Positions 8,021 to 14,755 of a DNA stretch of 24,765 bases are shown here, one piece after another. The notes below the pieces were generated by a model. It was given only the letters and a program-made list of their open reading frames with translations. It made no database searches and had not been told where the DNA came from. This DNA comes from Erysipelotrichaceae bacterium (GTDB lineage: Bacteria > Bacillota_I > Bacilli_A > Erysipelotrichales > Coprobacillaceae). The number at the start of each line of letters is the position of its first letter. Positions within the stretch are counted from its first letter, which is position 1. The DNA lies in assembly GCA_021202205.1 (NCBI GenBank), contig JAJQDJ010000170.1:1-24765 (forward strand), written 5' to 3'. A program made the position numbers and the translations under genes.

Positions 8021-8111
8021 AACTGTCATTTCTTAAGAATATAACGTTTCTTTTTATTTTTTATAAGAATTGTTAATGCTATAAAAGTCACTACAAAAAT
8101 ATTCTTATAAA
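8021..8111 (-). ncRNA. Tandem double-bulged-A hairpins in the coaBC leader; candidate pan-motif-like cis-regulatory RNA
   Basis: Hand-folded. Hairpin 1 (8095-8071) and hairpin 2 (8048-8021) each have a 5-bp helix with a central wobble, flanked by a 5'-strand bulged A (8088; 8040) and a 3'-strand bulged A (8073; 8024). Hairpin 1 is enclosed by an 11-bp stem (8111-8101/8070-8060). Resemblance to the pan RNA motif is from memory; no covariance model was run. Confidence 0.65.
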
Positions 8112-8119
8112 TATCCTTA

Positions 8120-8148
8120 ATTATACCCTCCAAAAATAATGAATGCAA
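8120..8148 (-). promoter_or_regulatory. Sigma-A promoter for coaBC-coaX
   Basis: Minus strand TTGCAT(8148-8143)-17 bp-TATAAT(8125-8120); predicted TSS near 8113, giving a leader of about 158 nt. Confidence 0.7.
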
Positions 8149-8191
8149 CATTCTTTTTTTGTAACTTATTTTTAACAATAATAACTTTGAC

Positions 8192-8220
8192 TTGAAAAAA
8201 ATTTGTTAGAGTGCAATAAT
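8192..8220 (+). promoter_or_regulatory. Possible sigma-A promoter for the SRPBCC gene
   Basis: TTGAAA(8192-8197)-17 bp-TGcAATAAT; the first -10 position is non-consensus. Confidence 0.3.
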
Positions 8221-8242
8221 GGTTTCGTGGGGGTTTTGATAT

Positions 8243-8638
8243 ATGATTATAATCAATAATGAAGAGAAACTTAACGGAAAAGTCGAAGATGTATGGAAAC
8301 TTGTCAGTGATTTAAGTGATCAATCTTGGCGTAATCATCTTAAAAGTAGTCAAGTCATTGATAGTAAGCATTATCAAGAAATAAATGATCAAGGATTGAA
8401 AACAACGATTATTTTATTAAATAAGATTGTTTATGATGTTTTTGAGTTTAACTTTACTAATGAAGAATATGATGGTCATTGGCTTGCTAAATTTGAGGTT
8501 ATTGATGATCATACAACACTATTACATATTACTGCTGCTTTTGAAATGAAGAAAAAAACGATGTTTGCAAAAAATAGTTTCAACAAAATTGTTAAACAAT
8601 ATTTTAATGATTTGCAACAAGCTTTAAAGAAAGAATAA
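8243..8638 (+). CDS. SRPBCC / polyketide-cyclase-like (START-fold) protein
   Basis: VEDVWKLVSDLSDQSWR..L, FEF..N..YDGHW...F, C-terminal helix KQYFNDLQQAL; pattern recognised from Firmicute SRPBCC proteins. Confidence 0.7.
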   Translation: MIIINNEEKLNGKVEDVWKLVSDLSDQSWRNHLKSSQVIDSKHYQEINDQGLKTTIILLNKIVYDVFEFNFTNEEYDGHWLAKFEVIDDHTTLLHITAAFEMKKKTMFAKNSFNKIVKQYFNDLQQALKKE

Positions 8639-8651
8639 TTCTTTCTTTTTT
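8626..8651 (+). terminator. Terminator after the SRPBCC gene
   Basis: AAAGAAAGAA-taa-TTCTTTCTTT plus T-run; weak AU-rich stem. Confidence 0.55.
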
Positions 8652-8654
8652 AAT

Positions 8655-8683
8655 TTGATACATGTTGTGGTTTATCGTATAAT
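8655..8683 (+). promoter_or_regulatory. Sigma-A promoter for the nrnA-membrane protein-Sel1 operon
   Basis: TTGATA(8655-8660)-17 bp-TATAAT(8678-8683). Confidence 0.8.
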
Positions 8684-8699
8684 GAGTAGGGTGATAAAA

Positions 8700-9623
8700 A
8701 TGTTAGATAAAATTTTTAATATAAAAGATATTTATGATCAAATTATTATATATCGTCATGTTAATCCTGATTTAGATGCTTTTGGAAGTCAATTAGGGCT
8801 TTATTATGCATTGAAAGATATGTGTCATCAAAATATTATTTTATTGGGTGATATGACAAGCGATTTATTAGATTATTTCAGTCCTTTTGAGATAGGATCG
8901 ATAAATGCGGGAAAGACGTTAGGAATTGTTTGCGATACGGCTAACAGAGATCGTATTGATGGTGATATAACACTATGTGATCAAGTTATAAAAATTGACC
9001 ATCATTTGATTGTTGATAGTTATGGGGATATCAATATCGAAGTAGAAAATGCTGCATCTTGTAGTGAAATCATTGCTTTGATGTTTCAGCATGCACATTT
9101 AGATATACCAATAGAGGCAGCCAATGCTTTGTATTTAGGGATAGTTGGTGAGAGCAATCGATTTTTGTATAGCGCTACGTCAGCTCATACTTTTCATGCA
9201 GCAGCTTATTTGCTTGAACAAGGGGTTAAAATCACTGAACTCTATGAACCTTTATATATGAAAAATGAAATAGATTTAAATGTTACAAAATATATTTATA
9301 ATCATTATCATCAAGTTGATAAGATTGCTTATTATTATTTAAGTGATGATGATTTGAAGTCATTGAATATTTCAAGAGAAAAAGGATCAAGTTATGTCAA
9401 TACTTTGGCTGATTTTGAGCAGTTTGATGTATGGATGGCGATTACTGAATATAAAGAAAAAGGAATTTATCGTGTGAGTTTAAGAAGCAGACATATTCCT
9501 GTTAATGAGGTTGCTAGTCAGTTTCATGGTGGGGGGCATGCTTTTGCTAGTGGAGCGACTTTGAATTCATTGGCTGAATTGGATAATTTATTGAATTGTT
9601 TAAAGGAGATTTGCCATGTTTAA
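8700..9623 (+). CDS. nrnA: DHH/DHHA1 phosphoesterase (NrnA-like oligoribonuclease / PAP phosphatase)
   Basis: RHVNPDLDAFGS, CDTAN, IDHH, GIVGESNRF, RVSLRS, GGGHAFASG. Start moved from TTG 8655 (the -35 box) to ATG 8700 with an AGGGTGA RBS. Confidence 0.88.
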   Translation: MLDKIFNIKDIYDQIIIYRHVNPDLDAFGSQLGLYYALKDMCHQNIILLGDMTSDLLDYFSPFEIGSINAGKTLGIVCDTANRDRIDGDITLCDQVIKIDHHLIVDSYGDINIEVENAASCSEIIALMFQHAHLDIPIEAANALYLGIVGESNRFLYSATSAHTFHAAAYLLEQGVKITELYEPLYMKNEIDLNVTKYIYNHYHQVDKIAYYYLSDDDLKSLNISREKGSSYVNTLADFEQFDVWMAITEYKEKGIYRVSLRSRHIPVNEVASQFHGGGHAFASGATLNSLAELDNLLNCLKEICHV

Positions 9624-11274
9624 TTTGCGAGAGAAAATTTTGGAAGTGTGGTATGATTTTTGGGATAATTTGAATGCTAAAGGGCCAGTTAATAATAAAG
9701 GTACAATAATTTCGTTGGTTATAACATTGGTATTTTTTATTATTGTAGAGTATTTTTTATTGTTACCTATTAATTTGCGTTCTTTTAGCTTTACATTATT
9801 TTTATGTATATGTTTGATTATATTTATTGTTTTAAAGAGTTTTATTTGCCTGGCTTTTGATAATATTTCGAAAGCTTGTTGTATTTTAACATTGATATTA
9901 GGTGTTTATCTTGGTGTTGGTTATCTTATCAGTTCACCTGTTATCAATGCATCTCAATATCAATCACAATTGGATATGAACAGCGAAGCTGATTTTTATA
10001 GTGATTTTGAGAATATTAGTTATTCTTCGATACCTGTTGTTGATAGAGATAGTGCTCAACGTCTTGGAGATCGTAAGATGGGAGAAATTGTAGATTATGT
10101 TTCCCAGTTCGAAGTGGATGAAGAGTATGCTCAAATCAATTATGATGATACGCCTTATCGTGTCACAACGATTAGTTATAGTGATTTAATAAAATGGTTT
10201 ACCAATCAAAGCGATGGTTTGCCTGCTTATATTCGTGTGAATATGGTATCCCAGGAAAGTGAAGTTGTAAGATTGGATAATGGCATGAAATATTCCCGTA
10301 GTGATTTGTTTTTTCGAAATATTAATCGTTATTTAAGAGTGAAATATCCAACTTTGATGTTTGAAGATCCAACTTTTGAAATAGATGATGATGGTAATCC
10401 ATATTGGATTGCACCAGTTTATAATTATAAGATAGGCTTATTTGGTGGTGAAGATATTACAGGAGCTGTTTTGGTTGATGCATGCAGTGGTGAAAGTCAA
10501 TATTATGATATTGATGATGTACCAAGCTGGGTGGATCGTGTTTATCCTGCTGAATTATTATTAACTCAGCTTACCAATTGGGGTCAATATGGTAATGGTT
10601 TCATTAATAGTCTTATTTCGCAAAAAGGTGTTCTAACTACCACAGATGGTTATAATTATTTGGCTTTAAATGATGATGTTTATCTTTATACAGGTCTTAC
10701 ATCTGTGTCAAGTGATGAATCAAATGTTGGTTTTGTACTCATTAACATGCGTACCAAGGAATCCAATTATTATGCAATTAGTGGTGCAGAAGAATATTCC
10801 GCCATGTCTTCTGCAGAAGGTAAGGTCCAAAATTTGGGTTATGAAGCGACTTTCCCAATTTTAATCAATTCAGGTGGTCAACCAACATATTTCCTTTCTT
10901 TAAAAGATAGTGCTGGTTTGGTTAAACAATATGCTTTTGTGAATGTGCAAAATTATCAAATTGTAGCTGTAGGTGAAAGTGTTGCTGAAGCTGAATCGAA
11001 TTATTATCAGCTATTGGTTGATAATGGCATAGAAGATGTGACTTATGATACAGCAACCTTATCAGGAACGATTAGTGATATTCAACAAGCTGTTGTAGAT
11101 GGAACTTCTTATTATTATTTTAAGTTAGAAGGTTATGATGATATATTTATAGCATCTGTATCTTTAAATGATGCTTTACCTTTGATACAAGCAGGTGATC
11201 AAGTGTCTATTGATTATTCAGATAGTGGTACAAACTCTCAAAACGTCTTAACATTGGAGGTTTTAAATGAATAA
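9616..11274 (+). CDS. Conserved uncharacterised membrane protein: three N-terminal TM helices, large acidic extracytoplasmic domain
   Basis: Hydrophobic segments at about aa 31-53, 58-80 and 85-105; SQFEV..YAQINY, KYPTLMFE.P.FEIDD.G.PYW, TTTDGYNY, SDESNVGF, ATFPILIN motifs that I recall from clostridial hypothetical proteins; 8-nt overlap with nrnA. Confidence 0.75.
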   Translation: MFNLREKILEVWYDFWDNLNAKGPVNNKGTIISLVITLVFFIIVEYFLLLPINLRSFSFTLFLCICLIIFIVLKSFICLAFDNISKACCILTLILGVYLGVGYLISSPVINASQYQSQLDMNSEADFYSDFENISYSSIPVVDRDSAQRLGDRKMGEIVDYVSQFEVDEEYAQINYDDTPYRVTTISYSDLIKWFTNQSDGLPAYIRVNMVSQESEVVRLDNGMKYSRSDLFFRNINRYLRVKYPTLMFEDPTFEIDDDGNPYWIAPVYNYKIGLFGGEDITGAVLVDACSGESQYYDIDDVPSWVDRVYPAELLLTQLTNWGQYGNGFINSLISQKGVLTTTDGYNYLALNDDVYLYTGLTSVSSDESNVGFVLINMRTKESNYYAISGAEEYSAMSSAEGKVQNLGYEATFPILINSGGQPTYFLSLKDSAGLVKQYAFVNVQNYQIVAVGESVAEAESNYYQLLVDNGIEDVTYDTATLSGTISDIQQAVVDGTSYYYFKLEGYDDIFIASVSLNDALPLIQAGDQVSIDYSDSGTNSQNVLTLEVLNE

Positions 11275-13840
11275 ATTATTGAAACGTTTAAAATTATATG
11301 AACCTTTATTTGATTCTATGAAAATAGAAGATATTGCAATCAAATATGATGATATGGCTTGGGTTTATTTGCATGATGGTGATCGCATTGCATTGATGAA
11401 AGTCAAAACACTACAATGCCAGGAAGATGAAGTAGAATCTGAAATTTATCATTTAATGCGCCAATATGATATTGATACTTATCCTGATTTATCTTCATCA
11501 CCTTATCTTGCAGAAGAACATTATTATATAGAAGAAAATAATACGTTTATTGGTGTAGATGTTTGCTTGCTTAGCGAAGTAAACCAATTATTGAATGAAG
11601 ATATACCATTATTATCTGATGATCAATTTAGAATTGGTCTGGCTTATTTAAATGGTGAAGACGGCTATATACAAGATGAATATCAAGCTTTTGATCTCAT
11701 AGAAAAAGCAGCTTACAACCATCACTATCGTGCTATGTGCACGCTAGGTTATATGTATGAGATTGGACTAGGCATAAAGGAAGATAAAGTTAAAGCTGTT
11801 GAATTATATAAGGAAGCTGCTGATCAGGGCTTTTTACAGGCTAAATATAGTGTGGCTTATTGTTATGAAATGGGTATTGGTGTAACAAAAGATTTGAATC
11901 AGGCTTTTTTATGGTATCAAGAAGCAGCCGATGAAGGTCTGGATATAGCGCAGCTTCAATTAGGTTATTATTATGAAGCAGGAATAGGTGTCGATAAGAA
12001 CGAAGAAATGGCTGTCTATTATTATCAGGAGGCATCTTCTCAAAATTATTCTGCTGCTCATTGCTATTTAGCCTATTGTTATGAAATGGGAATTGGTGTA
12101 GAGCCGGACATCGAAAAAGCTAAGGAACTCTATTTATTAGCAGCAAAGCAAGGGCATCCTAGAGGACAAATGGCTTATAGTACCATGATTGAAGATGATA
12201 ATATGGATTTGGCATTAGAATATTTAAAATGCAGCGTTGATCAACAATATCCTCCAGCTATGTTTAAGTATGCTTATTTATTAGAAAATGGTATTGGTGT
12301 AGAAGAAAATCCTTCATTGGCTTTTCATTATGTTTCTTTAGCAGCGACTAAAAACGATCCTACTGCAATATGCCAATTAGGAAATTACTATGTTGATGGT
12401 ATTGGGATAGAAAAAGATGAAAAGAAAGCCTTTGAGTGTTATAAAAAAGCTGCTTTAAACGAATATGATGTCGCACAATGTAATGTTGGCTATTGTTATG
12501 AGCTAGGTGTGGGTGTTGATATTGATTTGGATAAAGCTCGATATTATTACCAGTTATCAAGTGATCAATGGAATTTAAGAGCTATGTGTAATCTAGCTTC
12601 ACTTTATGAAGAACAGGATGAGCCAGACTTTAAAGAAGCTTTTCATTTATTTGAAAAGGCAGCACAATTTCAATATCCCCGTGCTTTGTGTAATTTAGGA
12701 CTTTATTATGAAAATGGTTTGGGTGTAGAAAAAGATGAAAAGAAAGCTGTCTACTACTATCAACAATCAGCTGATTTAGGTTATGAAGCTGGAGAATGTA
12801 ATCTAGCTTATTGTCTAGAACTAGGTATCGGAGTAGAAGTGAACGAATCATTAGCAAGAGAATATTATCAAAGAAGTGCCAATCAAGGGTATCCTCGAGC
12901 TATGAATAATCTTGGGATGATGCTTGAATCTGGCCGTGGTGGAGAAATGAATGCGAAAAAAGCATTTGGATTATATCAACAATCTGCACAATATGATTAT
13001 CCACCTGCTTTGTGTAATTTGGCATTGTGTTATGAAGATGGCATTGTGGTAGAATGTGATGTACAAAAAGCTTTTACTTATTTTAAACGTGCTGCTAATA
13101 TGCATTCATCAAGAGGTTTATATCATGTGGGTCGATTTTATAATTATGGAATCAATGGCGAATGTAATTATAATAAAGCTATGCATTATTATCTTTTAGC
13201 CAATGATTTAGATAATCTTGATGCTGCCATTGCGATAGGAACGATGTATGAAGTAGGAAAAGGTGTTCAAATCAACTATAAAAAAGCTGTTAAATATTAT
13301 ATGATTGCCAAAAATGAAGGCTATTCAAGAGGTTACTATGCCTTGGCTAATCTATATAAAAGTGGTAAAGGTGTCAGAAAGAATACCCCAAAAGCTATGA
13401 AATATTTCACTATTGCTAGTAATAAAGGTCATGTTTCAGCAACTTATAATTTAGCAGTCTTATATGATTTTGAAGCCGATGAAAAATATCAGGATATGAG
13501 CAAAGCTATTCATTATTATAAATTAGCTGCGCAAAGAGGACATGCTGGTGCCATGAATAATTTGGGTGTCTGTTATCAACATGGTGAAGGGGTTAAAAAG
13601 AGTTATAAAAAAGCTTTTCAATTGTTTTATGATGCTGCCCAAGGAGAAGATGAACATGCTTATTTGAATTTGGCGCGTTTTTATTATCGTGGCTATGGCT
13701 GTGAAATGGATTTAAATAAAGCCAAGTATTGGGCTATAAAGGCTCAGAAAAGCCATTTAAAAGATGCTGATCAATTATTAGCATTGATTGAAAAAAAGAA
13801 GCAAATGAAAAAACGTCGACGTAAGAAAAAAGATCAATAA
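11267..13840 (+). CDS. Sel1-like repeat (SLR) protein: about 20 repeats, ~115-aa unknown N-terminal domain, basic tail
   Basis: About 36-aa repeats A..NLG..YE.G.GV.KD..KA..YY..AA..G from about 11618 to 13758 (20 by hand count, two shortened); no signal peptide; tail KKKQMKKRRRKKKDQ; 8-nt overlap with the upstream gene. Confidence 0.93.
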   Translation: MNKLLKRLKLYEPLFDSMKIEDIAIKYDDMAWVYLHDGDRIALMKVKTLQCQEDEVESEIYHLMRQYDIDTYPDLSSSPYLAEEHYYIEENNTFIGVDVCLLSEVNQLLNEDIPLLSDDQFRIGLAYLNGEDGYIQDEYQAFDLIEKAAYNHHYRAMCTLGYMYEIGLGIKEDKVKAVELYKEAADQGFLQAKYSVAYCYEMGIGVTKDLNQAFLWYQEAADEGLDIAQLQLGYYYEAGIGVDKNEEMAVYYYQEASSQNYSAAHCYLAYCYEMGIGVEPDIEKAKELYLLAAKQGHPRGQMAYSTMIEDDNMDLALEYLKCSVDQQYPPAMFKYAYLLENGIGVEENPSLAFHYVSLAATKNDPTAICQLGNYYVDGIGIEKDEKKAFECYKKAALNEYDVAQCNVGYCYELGVGVDIDLDKARYYYQLSSDQWNLRAMCNLASLYEEQDEPDFKEAFHLFEKAAQFQYPRALCNLGLYYENGLGVEKDEKKAVYYYQQSADLGYEAGECNLAYCLELGIGVEVNESLAREYYQRSANQGYPRAMNNLGMMLESGRGGEMNAKKAFGLYQQSAQYDYPPALCNLALCYEDGIVVECDVQKAFTYFKRAANMHSSRGLYHVGRFYNYGINGECNYNKAMHYYLLANDLDNLDAAIAIGTMYEVGKGVQINYKKAVKYYMIAKNEGYSRGYYALANLYKSGKGVRKNTPKAMKYFTIASNKGHVSATYNLAVLYDFEADEKYQDMSKAIHYYKLAAQRGHAGAMNNLGVCYQHGEGVKKSYKKAFQLFYDAAQGEDEHAYLNLARFYYRGYGCEMDLNKAKYWAIKAQKSHLKDADQLLALIEKKKQMKKRRRKKKDQ
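12408..12747 (+). repeat. 22-bp exact direct repeat inside the Sel1 gene
   Basis: TAGAAAAAGATGAAAAGAAAGC at 12408-12429 and 12726-12747, 318 nt apart (106 aa = three repeats). Confidence 0.85.
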
Positions 13841-13841
13841 T

Positions 13842-14005
13842 ATGAATGGATTATTAGTACATTTAAAACTGTATGAATCATTCTTTGATTTATATGGTAA
13901 AGGTGTTGGTTAAAATAAAGATAGTGAAAGATCAAAATATTGGAATTAATAGCTTATAAATATGGTGACGAAATGGCTGATAACCTTTTAAATATCATGA
14001 AATAG
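13842..14005 (+). pseudogene. Decayed paralogous copy of the Sel1 gene 5' end
   Basis: 13842-13889 encodes MNGLLVHLKLYESFFD versus MNKLLKRLKLYEPLFD at 11267 (11/16 aa, 37/48 nt by hand). TAA follows at 13911-13913; another frame then gives KILELIAYKYGDEMA, resembling KIEDIAIKYDDMA, ending at TAG 14003-14005. Confidence 0.6.
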
Positions 14006-14031
14006 GGAATCATTGAAGATTCGCTATTTTT
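14001..14031 (+). terminator. Terminator closing the nrnA-Sel1 operon
   Basis: AATAGGGAATC-attgaa-GATTCGCTATT (10/11 pairs) plus T-run. Confidence 0.65.
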
Positions 14032-14046
14032 ATTTTAGATATTTTA

Positions 14047-14055
14047 TGATATAAT
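14047..14055 (+). promoter_or_regulatory. Extended -10 promoter for the two-component system (and possibly smc)
   Basis: TGaTATAAT, 28 nt upstream of ATG 14084. Confidence 0.65.
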
Positions 14056-14083
14056 CTCTCATAATGAATTGAGGTGTATGATT

Positions 14084-14755
14084 ATGAAATCTAAAATTTT
14101 AGTTGTGGATGATGAAGAACATATTAGAGAATTGATACGTTTTTATCTTGATAAAGAAGGTTTTTCTGTTGTTGAAGCAGAAAATGGAGAAGAAGCTTTA
14201 GAAGTGGTAGAAAATGAATATATTGATTTGGCTATTGTTGATATTATGATGCCTGTAATGGATGGTTTTGAATTTGTGGAAGAAATGAAGGAGTTTAAGG
14301 ATATTCCTGTTATTATGTTAACTGCCAAATCTCAATCATCTGATAAATTACGAGGTTTTTCTATCGGTATTGATGATTATGTTACAAAACCTTTTGATCC
14401 TGATGAATTATTGGCAAGAGTAAGAACAATATTAAAGCGTTATAGTATTAATAGTCAAAATATTGTTCAGATTCATGATGTTGTTTTTGATGGTGATAAG
14501 TATGAAATTAGATATAAGGATGAAACAATTCATTTGCCATTAAAACAATTCGAATTGGTTTTTGAACTGGCTAAAAATCCTAATCAAATATTTACTCGTG
14601 AACAATTAATAGAAAAAATATGGGGTATGGATTATGACGGATTTGATCGTACAGTAGATGTTCATATCAAACGTATTCGTGAGAATTTAGGGCATTTACT
14701 AGGTTTTAAGGTTGTAACAGTTAGAGGTTTGGGGTATAAGATAGAGGTAGATTAA
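14084..14755 (+). CDS. OmpR/PhoB-family response regulator, HssR-like
   Basis: ILVVDDE, AIVDIMMP (phospho-Asp), TKPF, QIFTREQLIEKIWG, RTVDVHIKR, VRGLGYK. Start moved to ATG 14084 (GAGGTG at 14071-14076). HssR likeness is from memory. Confidence 0.93.
   Translation: MKSKILVVDDEEHIRELIRFYLDKEGFSVVEAENGEEALEVVENEYIDLAIVDIMMPVMDGFEFVEEMKEFKDIPVIMLTAKSQSSDKLRGFSIGIDDYVTKPFDPDELLARVRTILKRYSINSQNIVQIHDVVFDGDKYEIRYKDETIHLPLKQFELVFELAKNPNQIFTREQLIEKIWGMDYDGFDRTVDVHIKRIRENLGHLLGFKVVTVRGLGYKIEVD

Noticed and set aside
7928-8029. 33-codon minus-strand uORF (MTVELKKLFMMPFLLKWLFLERKKQCQKELLLE) crossing the coa terminator as a leader peptide
   Set aside because: No Shine-Dalgarno, its ATG lies inside hairpin 2, and there is no amino-acid run suggesting ribosome-mediated attenuation; only Ribo-seq could revive it
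11600-13760. Periodic DNA signal as a CRISPR array or tandem DNA repeat
   Set aside because: The periodicity is the ~108-nt Sel1 coding repeat inside one ORF; there is no repeat-spacer structure
4706-13840. CBASS-like or other anti-phage system (patatin/CapV-type effector, LRR, repeat protein, phosphoesterase)
   Set aside because: No CD-NTase, TIR, NTPase or other defence core gene; the components sit in separate transcription units among housekeeping genes
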